Positions 36,197 through 46,039 of a stretch of 64,000 bases of DNA are shown here, in pieces (positions within the stretch are counted from its first letter, which is position 1; every line of letters starts with the position of its first letter). The notes under the pieces are model-generated. The model had not been told where the DNA came from and searched no databases. It saw only the letters and a program-made list of their open reading frames with translations. Position numbers and translations under genes: made by a program. Source of the DNA: Acidimicrobiia bacterium (GTDB lineage: Bacteria; Actinomycetota; Acidimicrobiia; IMCC26256; PALSA-555); the NCBI GenBank assembly GCA_051986275.1, contig JBPYDT010000060.1:24838-88837 (forward strand), read 5' to 3'.

Positions 36197-37772
36197 GCGC
36201 ACCCTCGGGGTGTGGTGTCCCGACTGGCCGGTCGTCGTCGCCCGGCGTGACGACCCCTCGCGCGACGACCAGCCGGTCGCGATCGTCGAGCCGGGTCCGC
36301 ACGGGCGGGTCGTGCGCGCCGCGTCGAGCGAGGCACGGGTCGAAGGTGTGCGACGCGGGTTGCGTCGTCGCGAGGCCGAGGCGCGCTGCCCGGGCCTCGT
36401 CGTCCTCGACGCCGACCTGGCGGCCGAGGCACGCGCCTTCGAGGTGGTCGCGCGCGCGACCGAGGCGATCACCCCGGGGATCGTCCTCGACCGGCCGGGC
36501 ACGCTCACGTTCCCGACCCGGGGGCCCTCCCGCTACTTCGGGGGAGACGACGGCCTGTCGCAGCGCGTGCTCGACGCGGTCGCCGGCGTAGGGGTCCCGG
36601 ACGCGCGTGTCGGCGTCGCCGACGGGCCCTTCGCCGCCGGGCTGGCCGCCCGCGCCGCGCCATCCGGTGGGTCTCACGTCGTCGCGCCAGGCGACACGCC
36701 GTCCTTCCTCGCGCCGTGGCCGGTCGCCGTGCTCGAGGCCGACGACCTCACGTCCCTGCTCACCGAGCTCGGGCTGTGGTGCCTCGGTGACTTCGCCCGG
36801 CTGCCCCGCGCCGCGGTGATCGCCCGGTTCGGGCCGACCGGCGCGCGCGCTCATCGGCTCGCGCAAGGCCTCGACGAGCACGTCGCCCCACCCGCCCCGC
36901 CGCCCCCCGAGCTCGTCGAGACGTGCGAGCTCGACCCGCCGGCCACCCGGTTCGAGGAGGCGGCGTTCGCCGCGAAGGGCCTCGCCGACCGGCTCCTCGA
37001 GCGCCTCGCCGCGCTCGGGCTGACGTGCACCCAGGTCGTCGTCGAGGCCGAGACCGAGCACGGCGAGCAGCTCACCCGTCGGTGGCGGCACGAGGGGGCG
37101 CTCACCGCCACCGCGCTCGTGACGCGCGTGCGCTGGCAGCTCGACGGCTGGCTCAGTGGTCACACCGAGACCGAGGACGACGGCGTCACCGCCGGGCTCA
37201 CGATCGTGCGGCTCGCGCCCGACCAGCTCATCCCGGCGACCGGTCGCCAGCTCGGCTTCTGGGGCGGTGACGCCGCCGCGGGGGACCGCGCTGACCGCGC
37301 GATCACCCGGCTGCAGGCGGCCCACGGGCCCGACGCGGTCGTCGCCGTCGTGCCCTGCGGGGGCCGGACGCCGGCCGAGCGGGTGCGCTGGGTGCCGTGG
37401 GGCGAGCCGCGCGACGACCCGGTCGGCGTCGAGCGCCCGAGCTGGCCCGGCGCGGTGCCCGGGCCCGTCCCGGCCCGGGTCTTCGAGCCCCGGCTCCCCG
37501 TCGCGCTGCTCGACCGCGACGGGGCCCCCGTGACGGTCTCGGGCCGCGGGGAGGCGTCGGCCGAACCGGCCCGGCTCGTCGGCGGGCCGCTCGGCACCGC
37601 GACCGTCGTCGCGTGGGCCGGCCCCTGGGCCCAGGACGTCCGGTGGTGGGACCGGGTCTGTCGGCGGCGCCGCGCCCTCTGGCAGGTCGTGGCGCGCGGG
37701 GAGACGACCGACGTCGCGTGCCTCGTCGTCGTCGAAGCCGGCGAGGCCGGCATCGAGGCGATCTACGACTGA
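36180..37772 (+). CDS. imuB: ImuB (Y-family polymerase-like mutasome protein)
   Basis: GTG 36180 overlaps the imuA' 3' end by 17 nt. The N-terminus RTLGVWCPDWPVV is typical of ImuB. 530 aa. Confidence 0.85.
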   Translation: MSSPAERTLGVWCPDWPVVVARRDDPSRDDQPVAIVEPGPHGRVVRAASSEARVEGVRRGLRRREAEARCPGLVVLDADLAAEARAFEVVARATEAITPGIVLDRPGTLTFPTRGPSRYFGGDDGLSQRVLDAVAGVGVPDARVGVADGPFAAGLAARAAPSGGSHVVAPGDTPSFLAPWPVAVLEADDLTSLLTELGLWCLGDFARLPRAAVIARFGPTGARAHRLAQGLDEHVAPPAPPPPELVETCELDPPATRFEEAAFAAKGLADRLLERLAALGLTCTQVVVEAETEHGEQLTRRWRHEGALTATALVTRVRWQLDGWLSGHTETEDDGVTAGLTIVRLAPDQLIPATGRQLGFWGGDAAAGDRADRAITRLQAAHGPDAVVAVVPCGGRTPAERVRWVPWGEPRDDPVGVERPSWPGAVPGPVPARVFEPRLPVALLDRDGAPVTVSGRGEASAEPARLVGGPLGTATVVAWAGPWAQDVRWWDRVCRRRRALWQVVARGETTDVACLVVVEAGEAGIEAIYD

Positions 37773-38116
37773 ACGTCGATCGCGACCGGGAGGGCCGTGT
37801 CGCGCCAGCGGGTGAGGCTCCCGCCGTACCCCGGCTGGTACTTGTCGAACACGACCGCCCGCGCCCGGGCCGCCTCGCCGTCGTCGGCCACGACCCGGGC
37901 CCGTCCTCTCCAGACCGTCTCACCGACGCGCAGCGCGACCGTCGGCTCGGCCCGGAGGTTGCGCACCCAGTCGGCCGCGTCGCCGCCGCCCGACATCAGA
38001 TAGAAGGTGCCCCCCGCGACGGCGAACCAGATCTCGATCTCGTGGGGTCGGCCGGTCCGCCGCCCCCGGGTCGTGAGGTAGCAGAAGGCCTCGCCCGCCA
38101 CGTCCTCGGGTGCCAC
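37763..38116 (-). CDS. Deazaflavin (F420)-dependent nitroreductase/quinone reductase family protein (Ddn-like)
   Basis: 117 aa. LTTRGRRTGRPHEIEIWF...YLMSGGGDAADWVRNLRAEP. Confidence 0.85.
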   Translation of the reverse strand: MAPEDVAGEAFCYLTTRGRRTGRPHEIEIWFAVAGGTFYLMSGGGDAADWVRNLRAEPTVALRVGETVWRGRARVVADDGEAARARAVVFDKYQPGYGGSLTRWRDTALPVAIDVQS

Positions 38117-38131
38117 GGCCCGATCGTGGCA
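38111..38131. promoter_or_regulatory. Inverted repeat TGCCACG-N7-CGTGGCA at the nitroreductase start / divergent TetR region (candidate operator)
   Basis: Perfect 7-bp arms, read directly. The repeat overlaps GTG 38116. Confidence 0.3.
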
Positions 38132-38261
38132 TCGGCCGACCCTCCGCCCGGCGGGGTGAAAGCGCGGATTCGACTGCTAGATCGCGCGGCGACCGACGTT
38201 GTCCCTCCTGAGGCCTCCCCGCGAGGCCCGTCGGGCCGCTCGTCGAGGAAGGGAGCCGCGC

Positions 38262-38954
38262 GTGTCCGCCGACCCGGCTCCCCGGGCCAACCGAGTCCGG
38301 CAGCCCCGCGCCGACCGCACCCGCCAGGCGCTGCTTGACGCCGCCTCGGCACTGTGGCGGGAGAAGGGCTACGACGCGGTGGCGGTGAGCGAGATCTGCG
38401 CCCGGGCCGGCGTGTCGAAGGGGACGTTCTTCTACCACTTCCCGGCCAAGGAGCACCTGCTCGTCGACCTCGTGGCCGCCGGCGGCACCGAGGCCGTCGC
38501 CCGGGCGGTCGACGCGCGGCTTGCCGCGGGCGCGCCGCTGCTCGACGTGCTGGCGACCGCGGTCGCGGTGCTCGCCGAGGCGCAGCGGTACGCGCCGCGC
38601 GACCTGCTGAGCCGGGCGACGATGGAGGTGCTGCGCGGCTCGCAGCGCACCCACCACCTCAGCGGCAACGGCCAGCCCGAGCTGCGCGACGTCTACGCCC
38701 GCGTGTACATGGAGGCGATCGCGCGCGCCGAGCTGCCGGCGACCTTCGACGCCGTGGAGCTCGGCGCGATCACCAACTGGACGCTCCTCCAGGGCACCAT
38801 CTTCTGGGCGCTCGGTGTCGTCGGACGCGTCAGCCTCGAGGAGACGCTCTGGCGGCGCGTCCAGCTCGTCGTGCACGGCGCCCGGCTCGCGCGAGTCGAG
38901 CCGTGGCGCGTCCCTACCGCCCCGACGCCCGTCCCGTCTTCGCCGCCCGTGTGA
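38262..38954 (+). CDS. TetR family transcriptional regulator
   Basis: GTG 38262 follows ggaaggga. HTH: ALLDAASALWREKGYDAVAVSEICARAGVSKGTFFYHFPAKEHL. Confidence 0.85.
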   Translation: MSADPAPRANRVRQPRADRTRQALLDAASALWREKGYDAVAVSEICARAGVSKGTFFYHFPAKEHLLVDLVAAGGTEAVARAVDARLAAGAPLLDVLATAVAVLAEAQRYAPRDLLSRATMEVLRGSQRTHHLSGNGQPELRDVYARVYMEAIARAELPATFDAVELGAITNWTLLQGTIFWALGVVGRVSLEETLWRRVQLVVHGARLARVEPWRVPTAPTPVPSSPPV

Positions 38955-39088
38955 ACGGGGAGGCGAGCTCGCGCGCGTAGCCGACGGGCGGAATCGGTGA
39001 GCACCGAGAGGTCGATGACGTGGGTCGTGGCCGCTCGGGGCCCACGCCGGCGCGGCGACGGCCGAGCACCCACCGCCCATTTGGTGAA

Positions 39089-39104
39089 TCGAACGTACGT
39101 TCGA
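39089..39104. promoter_or_regulatory. Perfect palindromic LexA box TCGAACGTACGTTCGA upstream of dnaE2
   Basis: Lies between the -35-like TTGGTG (39081-39086) and the -10-like TAGCCT (39105-39110). Confidence 0.8.
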
Positions 39105-39135
39105 TAGCCTCCACGTCCCGGGTGGAGGTCTCGCC

Positions 39136-42100
39136 GTGTCGTACGCCGAGCTGCATTGCCACACCAACTTCTCGTTCCTCGACGGGGCAAGCCACCCCGA
39201 GGAGCTCGTCGACGAGGCGAGCCGGCTCGGCCTCGCCGCCCTGGCGGTCACCGACCACGACGGCCTCTACGGGATTGTCCGGTTCGCGGCGGCCGCCGCC
39301 GAGGTCGACCTCCCGACCGTCTTCGGCGCCGAGCTCACCCTCGACGGCGGCCCGCCTCCGAACGGGGTGGCCGACCCGCCGGGCGAGCACCTCGTCGTGC
39401 TCGCCGAGGGGCCCCGCGGGCACGCCCGCCTCGCCCGGGCGATCAGCGCGGGGCAGCTCGCGGGGGAGAAGGGTGCGCCACGCTTCACGCTCGAGGGGCT
39501 CGCCGACGCGGCCCGGGCCGGCGTGCACGCCAGCGGCGGTCGGACGAGCGGCGCGAACGACGCGTGGATGATCCTGACCGGTTGCCGCAAGGGCTCGGTG
39601 CCCGGCGCGCTGCTCCGCGACGGCCCGGCCGCGGCCCGCCGTGCCCTCGAGCGCCTCGTCGCCGCGTTCGGGCGGGACCGGGTGCTCGTCGAGCTCTGGG
39701 ACCACGGGGATCCGCTCGACCGGCACCGCAACGACGCGCTCGCCGCGGTCGCGGCCCGCGCCGGGGTGGAGGTCGTCGCGACGAACAACGTCCACTACGC
39801 GACGGCCCAGCACCGGCCGCTCGCCACCGCGCTCGCCGCGATCCGGGCCCGGCGTTCTCTCGACGAGATCGACGGGTGGCTGCCCGCATCACCGCTCGCC
39901 CAGCTGCGCCGCCCGGCGGAGCAGGCGCGCCGGTTCGCCCGCTGGCCTGGCGCGGTCGAGCGCACCTTCGACGTCGCCCGCCAGTGCGCGTTCGACCTGC
40001 GCCTCGCCGCCCCCGACCTGCCCGACCTCGACGTGCCGCCAGGGCACACCGACATGTCGTGGCTGCGCGAGCTCACCCGGCGCGGCGCGGCGCTGCGCTA
40101 CCCGTCGAGCCACCCGCAGCACCCGCTGGCGCAGCGCCAGCTCGCCTACGAGCTCGACGTGATCGAGCAGCTCGGGTTCCCCGGCTACTTCCTCCTGCTC
40201 GTCGAGATCGTGTCGTTCTGCCTGCAGCACGACATCTACTGCCAAGGTCGCGGCAGCGCTGCGAACAGCGCCGTCTGCTACGCGCTCGGGATCACGAAGG
40301 CCGACGCGGTCGCGCTCGGGCTGCTCTTCGAGCGGTTCCTCTCCCCCGAGCGGGACGGTCCCCCCGACATCGACCTCGACATCGAGCACCAGCGGCGCGA
40401 GGAGGTGATCCAGTTCCTCTACGAGCGGTACGGGCGCGACCGGGCGGCGCAGGTCGCCAACGTGATCACCTACCGGCCCCGCTCCGCGCTGCGCGAGATG
40501 GCGAAGGCCGTCGGACTGTCCCCCGGGCACGCCGACGCGATCACGAAGTGGGTCGACCGGTGGCGGTCCCGCGACGAGGCGTTCGACGACGTCACCGCGT
40601 CCGACGGGCCACCCGTCCCCGCGCTCGTGCTCGATCTCGCCCGCCAGGTCCTCGACTACCCGCGGCACCTCGGCATCCACTCGGGCGGGATGGTGATGGC
40701 CGACCGCCCGCTCGTCGAGTTCTGTCCGGTCGAGTGGGCCCGCATGGAGAACCGCTCGGTGCTCCAGTGGGACAAGGACGACTGCGCCGCCGCGGGGCTG
40801 GTGAAGTTCGACCTCCTCGGGCTCGGCATGCTCACCGTGCTGCACCTCGCGGTCGACCTCGTGCGCGGGCACGAGGGCACCGACGTCGACCTCGCCACGA
40901 TCCCTCAGGAGGACGAGGTCTACGACCTGCTCTGCGCGGCCGACACGGTCGGCGTGTTCCAGGTCGAGAGCCGCGCCCAGATGGCGACCCTCCCGCGCCT
41001 GCGGCCCCGCACCTTCTACGACCTCGTCGTCGAGGTCGCGCTCATCCGCCCGGGGCCGATCCAGGGCGGCTCGGTGCACCCGTACCTGCGCCGCCGTAGC
41101 GGCGACGAGCCGGTCACCTACCCGCATCCCGTCCTCGAGCCCTGCCTGAAGAAGACCCTCGGCGTGCCGCTCTTCCAGGAGCAGCTCATGCAGATCGCCA
41201 TCGACGCCGCCGGGTTCAGCCCGGGCGAAGCCGACCGGCTCCGCCAGGCGATGGGCTCGAAGCGGTCGAGGACGCGGATGGCCGCGATGCGCGAGCGCCT
41301 CCTGGCGGGGATGGCCGAGCGGGGGATCACCGGGGAGACGGCGGACGAGATCGCCCGCAAGCTCGAGGCGTTCGCCGACTTCGGCTTCCCCGAGAGCCAC
41401 TCGGTGAGCTTCGCCTACCTGGTCTACGCCAGCGCGTGGCTGAAGCGCCGCTACCCCGCGCCGTTCGCGTGTGCGCTGCTGAACGCGCAGCCGATGGGCT
41501 TCTACTCGCCGCACACCATCATCCGCGACGCGATCCGTCACGGTGTCCAGGTCCTCGGACCGTGCGTCCACGCCTCCCGGCGCGACTGCACGTTGGAGGA
41601 GCGCACACCCGACGCCGGTCCCCTCGGCTACCCGCGCCCGGGCTGGTATGCCGACCCGTCCCCGCACGCCGTGCGGATCGGTCTGCGCTACGTCCGCGGG
41701 CTGAGCGACCGGCTCCTCGACCGGATCGACGAGGCGCGCGCCGAGCGGCCCTTCACCGACCTGGAGGACTTCACCCGTCGCACCGGCGCGACGGTCGACG
41801 CCCTCGAATCGCTGTCGAGCGCGGGCGCGTTCGACGGCTTCGGCGTCACGCGACGGGCCGGGCTCTGGGCGGCCGGCGGTCTGCGCGACGCGCGGCCGGA
41901 CACGCTGCCCGGCGTCGTCACCGGGATCGACGCGCCCCCGCTGCCCGGCATGAGCGAGATCGAGTCGACCGCGGCCGACCTGCGCTCGACGGGCATGTCG
42001 GCCGCCCGCCACCCGACCGAGTTCGTCCGCGCCGAGCTGGACGCCGCCGGGGTGCTCACCGCCGAGGGTCTGCGCGACCGGCCCGACCGTGCCGCCGTCG

Positions 42101-42369
42101 AGGTCGCAGGAGTCGTCACACACCGCCAGCAGCCCGAGACGGCGCGCGGCGTCGTCTTCCTCAACCTGGAGGACGAGACCGGCCTCGTGAACGTGATCTG
42201 CATCCCCACCGTCTGGGAGCGGTACCGGCGGGTGGCTCGCACCGCCCCGGCGCTGCGCATCCGCGGCCGGCTCGAGCGGGAGCAAGGTGTCATCAACCTG
42301 CTCGCCCAGCACATCGAAGCCCTCTCGCTCACCCCGGCCGCGCACCTGCGCTCACGCGACTTCCACTGA
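39136..42369 (+). CDS. dnaE2: Error-prone DNA polymerase III alpha subunit DnaE2
   Basis: 1077 aa. PHP domain YAELHCHTNFSFLDGAS, plus the LexA box and imuA'-imuB nearby. Confidence 0.95.
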   Translation: MSYAELHCHTNFSFLDGASHPEELVDEASRLGLAALAVTDHDGLYGIVRFAAAAAEVDLPTVFGAELTLDGGPPPNGVADPPGEHLVVLAEGPRGHARLARAISAGQLAGEKGAPRFTLEGLADAARAGVHASGGRTSGANDAWMILTGCRKGSVPGALLRDGPAAARRALERLVAAFGRDRVLVELWDHGDPLDRHRNDALAAVAARAGVEVVATNNVHYATAQHRPLATALAAIRARRSLDEIDGWLPASPLAQLRRPAEQARRFARWPGAVERTFDVARQCAFDLRLAAPDLPDLDVPPGHTDMSWLRELTRRGAALRYPSSHPQHPLAQRQLAYELDVIEQLGFPGYFLLLVEIVSFCLQHDIYCQGRGSAANSAVCYALGITKADAVALGLLFERFLSPERDGPPDIDLDIEHQRREEVIQFLYERYGRDRAAQVANVITYRPRSALREMAKAVGLSPGHADAITKWVDRWRSRDEAFDDVTASDGPPVPALVLDLARQVLDYPRHLGIHSGGMVMADRPLVEFCPVEWARMENRSVLQWDKDDCAAAGLVKFDLLGLGMLTVLHLAVDLVRGHEGTDVDLATIPQEDEVYDLLCAADTVGVFQVESRAQMATLPRLRPRTFYDLVVEVALIRPGPIQGGSVHPYLRRRSGDEPVTYPHPVLEPCLKKTLGVPLFQEQLMQIAIDAAGFSPGEADRLRQAMGSKRSRTRMAAMRERLLAGMAERGITGETADEIARKLEAFADFGFPESHSVSFAYLVYASAWLKRRYPAPFACALLNAQPMGFYSPHTIIRDAIRHGVQVLGPCVHASRRDCTLEERTPDAGPLGYPRPGWYADPSPHAVRIGLRYVRGLSDRLLDRIDEARAERPFTDLEDFTRRTGATVDALESLSSAGAFDGFGVTRRAGLWAAGGLRDARPDTLPGVVTGIDAPPLPGMSEIESTAADLRSTGMSAARHPTEFVRAELDAAGVLTAEGLRDRPDRAAVEVAGVVTHRQQPETARGVVFLNLEDETGLVNVICIPTVWERYRRVARTAPALRIRGRLEREQGVINLLAQHIEALSLTPAAHLRSRDFH

Positions 42370-42370
42370 C

Positions 42371-42412
42371 GACCGACGTCACGCCGACGACATCCCGGCG
42401 GTGACGTCGGTC
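42371..42412 (+). terminator. 12-bp perfect hairpin after dnaE2
   Basis: GACCGACGTCAC-N18-GTGACGTCGGTC, followed by ttgctgg. Confidence 0.5.
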
Positions 42413-42422
42413 TTGCTGGCTG

Positions 42423-43241
42423 ATGCCTCGGTACGCTGCTGGCGTGGTTCGGGTCGAGGGCGCGCTCGCGGCGCCTGCGGCCGAGCGGGAACGATTGACG
42501 GGTCCGAGGACACTCGCGATCGACATCGGTGGGACGGGCATCAAGGCGTCGGTCCTCGATGCGGAAGGCCGGAAAATCGTTGACCGGGTCCGTACCAAGA
42601 CGCCGTACCCCTGTCCGCCCCGGGTTCTCATCCGTGCACTCGACCGGCTGACCTACGAACTGCCGCGCTGGGACCGGGTGTCGGTGGGCTTTCCTGGGTT
42701 TGTCCGGGCGGGTCGAGTGCTCACCGCGCCCAACCTCGCGACCAAGCGCGGACCGGGAACCGCGCTCTCGCGCAAGCTGGTGGAGGCGTGGGCGGGTTTC
42801 CCGCTGGGGGCTGAGCTTGAGGGGCGGCTCGGGAAGCCGACGCGCCTGTTCAACGATGCGGACATGCACGGCCTCGCGGTGATCTCCGGTGAAGGCCTCG
42901 AGCTGGTGCTCACGCTCGGCACGGGGCTCGGCACCGCAGTCTTTCTCGACGGTTCGCCCACTCCGCATCTGGAACTTGCCCTCATGCCATTCCGGGGGCG
43001 CGGCACGTTTCAGGAGGAGCTGGGGAACCGTGCTCGTCAACGCATTGGAAACCGCCGCTGGAGTAAGCGGGTACTCGAGGCGGTCGAGATGTTCGACGCG
43101 GTTCTACACATAGACCGGCTCTATGTCGGCGGTGGCAACGCACGAAAGCTCACGGTCGATCTCGGACATCGCGTCGAGCTCATCGACAACGCCGCAGGCA
43201 TTCTCGGAGGCATCAAACTTTGGGAGCTCGAGCACGTCTAA
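42423..43241 (+). CDS. ppgK: ROK family protein, polyphosphate glucokinase-like
   Basis: LAIDIGGTGIK, GFPGFV, LFNDADMHGLA and TLGTLGLGTAVF-type blocks are collinear with PpgK. The N-terminal start is uncertain. Confidence 0.75.
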   Translation: MPRYAAGVVRVEGALAAPAAERERLTGPRTLAIDIGGTGIKASVLDAEGRKIVDRVRTKTPYPCPPRVLIRALDRLTYELPRWDRVSVGFPGFVRAGRVLTAPNLATKRGPGTALSRKLVEAWAGFPLGAELEGRLGKPTRLFNDADMHGLAVISGEGLELVLTLGTGLGTAVFLDGSPTPHLELALMPFRGRGTFQEELGNRARQRIGNRRWSKRVLEAVEMFDAVLHIDRLYVGGGNARKLTVDLGHRVELIDNAAGILGGIKLWELEHV

Positions 43242-43362
43242 TGCGAGTCGCGGAGCGCATGCGACGTTCATGAACGCCGTCGCGGCCGGCCGACTCGATG
43301 CACAGCCCGGCCTCTGACGCGGAGGTGCTCGATGGGCGAGCGCCTCGGCTACCGTCCACTCG

Positions 43363-45789
43363 ATGACCGCGCCGGTGCCCACCGCCGCGGGCGTGCCTGC
43401 GGACCACGAGACACCACCGACAGGGCTCACCAGCGCGGAGGTCGAGGACCGCGTCGCGCGCGGCCTCACCAACCACAGCGCGGAGCACACGAGCCGCTCC
43501 TACGCCGAGATCCTGCGGGCCAACGTCTTCACCCGCTTCAACGCCATCCTCGGCACGATGTTCGCGGTCGTGCTGTTCGTCGGCCAACCACAAGACGGGC
43601 TCTTCGGCCTGGTGATCGTCGCCAACGCGCTGATCGGCATCATCCAGGAGATCCGAGCGAAGCGCACGCTCGACGCGCTCGCCGTCCTGAGCGCCCCCCG
43701 GGCACGCGTCACGCGCGACGGCAGGCCGCGCGACATCCCGGTCGATGACGTTGTCCTCGACGACCTCTGCGAGCTGCGCACCGGCGACCAGGTGCCCGCC
43801 GACGGGGTGGTGCGCCGTGCTGAGGGGCTCGAGATCGACGAGTCCCTGCTGACTGGCGAGTCCGACCCGATCGAAAAGGCGCCCGGCACCCAGGTTCTGT
43901 CCGGCGCCATCGTCGTGGCGGGCGCCGGCGCCTTTCAGGCCACCGCCGTCGGCGCTGACGCCTACGCCCGCAAGCTCGCGGCGGAGGCGCGCCAATTCCA
44001 GCTCGCCCGTTCGGAGCTGATGGACGGCATCAACCTGCTGCTGCGCCTCATCCAGTACGCGCTGTTCCCCGTGTCGGCGTTGCTGCTGTGGCAGCAGCTG
44101 CGGACCGACTCGGTGTCGGGCGCGCTCACGAGCACGGTGGCGGGCGTCGTCGGGATGGTGCCCGAGGGGCTCGTGCTCCTCACGAGCTTGGCGTTCGGGA
44201 TCGCCGCGGTGACGCTCGCCCGTCGCAAGGTTCTCGTGCAGGAGCTGCCCGCCGTCGAGGGCCTCGCCCGCGTCGATGTCGTCTGCCTCGACAAGACCGG
44301 CACGCTCACCGAGGGCGACGTCGTGTTCGACCGCTACGAGTCCGTGGGCGGTGAGCACGGCGGTGACGTGCGCGCCGCGCTCGGCGCGCTCGCCGACGAC
44401 CCGAATCGCAACGCCACGCTCGCCGCCATCGGGGCCGCGATGCCCGCGCCGGAGGGCTGGGCGCGCCGCGCCGCGACGCCGTTCTCGTCGGCGCGCAAGT
44501 GGAGCGCGGCGACGTTCGCCGACCACGGGACGTGGGTGCTCGGCGCACCCGAGATGGTCTTGCCGGACGCTGGGGCCGACGACACCGTGCGCGCTCGCGC
44601 CAACGACCTGGCGTCCCAAGGTGTGCGCGTGCTCGTGCTCGCCCACAGCCAGGCGACGCTGGACGGAGAGGCGCTGCCGTCGCCCCTCCAGGCCGTGGCG
44701 CTCGTCGTTCTCGAGGAGCAGATCCGACCGGACGCCGCCGACACGCTCGCCTACTTCGCTGCGCAGGGCGTGGCGCTGAAGGTCATCTCAGGTGACAACC
44801 CGCGCACGGTCGCGGCGGTCGCGGGGCGCGTCGGGCTACCCGGAGCCGACGCGCCGGTTGACGCGCGCGAGCTTCCCGAAGACCCGGCCGAGCTCGCGGA
44901 CGTGCTCGAGACGCACACCGTGTTCGGGCGGGTGACGCCCCAGCAGAAGCGCGTCTTCGTCCACGCCTTGCAGTCCCGCGGCCATGTCGTCGCGATGACG
45001 GGGGACGGCGTCAACGACGCGCTCGCGCTGAAGGACGCCGACATCGGCGTGGCGATGGGCTCGGGTGCGGCCGCGACCCGCGCCGTCGCGAAGCTCGTGC
45101 TGCTCGACAGCCGATTCGCCACCTTGCCCGGGGTCGTCGCCGAGGGTCGCCGCGTGATGGCGAACATCGAGCGGTCGGCGAACCTGTTTGTGAACAAGAC
45201 CGTGTACGCGGTCGTCATTGCCGTGGTCGTGGTCCTCGCCGACTGGCATTACCCGTTCCTTCCCCGCCACCTCACGATCATCAGCGACTTCACGATTGGG
45301 ATCCCTGGCTTCTTCCTGGCGCTCGCCCCGAACACGCGCCGATACATCCCCGGATTCATCCGCCGCGTGCTGCGGTTCTGCCTCCCCGCTGGCGTCGTGG
45401 TCGGGGGCGCGGCGCTCATCGCGTACGGCGTCGCCTTCTACGGGAACAACCAGTCGCTGACGGAATCGCGCACGACCGCGACACTGGTTGTTGCCGTGAT
45501 CGCCCTGTGGGTCCTCGTCGTCTTCGCTCGGCCGATCAACTGGTGGCGGGGCCTGCTCGTGGCGGCCATGATCGCCGCCGTCGCAACCATCGTCGCCGTT
45601 CCTGCGTTCCGCAGCTTCTTCGCGCTGGAGCTGCCCAGCGGCCACGTCCTCTGGCAGGCGGCGCTCATCGCCGCCGTCGGCGTCGTGCTCGTGGAGCTCA
45701 TCTGGCGCGTCACGCGCCTGCTCGACCGGGAAGCGCGTGTGGCGGCACCGGCGACGGCATCCGTCGAGGGTGCGCCGGCACGCCGCTGA
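43363..45789 (+). CDS. Cation-translocating P-type ATPase (P2-like)
   Basis: TGES, DKTGTLT and MTGDGVNDALALK motifs, with about 10 hydrophobic segments. Confidence 0.9.
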   Translation: MTAPVPTAAGVPADHETPPTGLTSAEVEDRVARGLTNHSAEHTSRSYAEILRANVFTRFNAILGTMFAVVLFVGQPQDGLFGLVIVANALIGIIQEIRAKRTLDALAVLSAPRARVTRDGRPRDIPVDDVVLDDLCELRTGDQVPADGVVRRAEGLEIDESLLTGESDPIEKAPGTQVLSGAIVVAGAGAFQATAVGADAYARKLAAEARQFQLARSELMDGINLLLRLIQYALFPVSALLLWQQLRTDSVSGALTSTVAGVVGMVPEGLVLLTSLAFGIAAVTLARRKVLVQELPAVEGLARVDVVCLDKTGTLTEGDVVFDRYESVGGEHGGDVRAALGALADDPNRNATLAAIGAAMPAPEGWARRAATPFSSARKWSAATFADHGTWVLGAPEMVLPDAGADDTVRARANDLASQGVRVLVLAHSQATLDGEALPSPLQAVALVVLEEQIRPDAADTLAYFAAQGVALKVISGDNPRTVAAVAGRVGLPGADAPVDARELPEDPAELADVLETHTVFGRVTPQQKRVFVHALQSRGHVVAMTGDGVNDALALKDADIGVAMGSGAAATRAVAKLVLLDSRFATLPGVVAEGRRVMANIERSANLFVNKTVYAVVIAVVVVLADWHYPFLPRHLTIISDFTIGIPGFFLALAPNTRRYIPGFIRRVLRFCLPAGVVVGGAALIAYGVAFYGNNQSLTESRTTATLVVAVIALWVLVVFARPINWWRGLLVAAMIAAVATIVAVPAFRSFFALELPSGHVLWQAALIAAVGVVLVELIWRVTRLLDREARVAAPATASVEGAPARR

Positions 45790-46039
45790 CCCGGGCGGGA
45801 CGCTGTGCGGCCATCGGCGGGTCCACGGAGGCCCTCGCCGCGTACGCCCCTGGCGCCCGCGAGGTCGACGACCCGGCGGGGTTGCTCCAGTGCGACATCG
45901 CGGTCGCGGTCGAGCCGGTGTCAACTCGCGCCACGTCGCCCGAGCCCTGCGTGTGTTTCCCCACCATCGCTGGTTGCCGTCGCAGACGCCGGGACTCGTG
46001 CTCTGGACCTCGCAGCGCTGAAGGGCGTGCGCCGCCCCG

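Noticed and set aside
39108-39128. Hairpin CCTCCAC-N7-GTGGAGG that would sequester the dnaE2 Shine-Dalgarno sequence.
   Set aside because: If the TTGGTG/TAGCCT promoter inferred around the LexA box is correct, transcription starts near 39117, inside or after the left arm. The hairpin would then not exist in the mRNA. This stays unresolved without start-site data.
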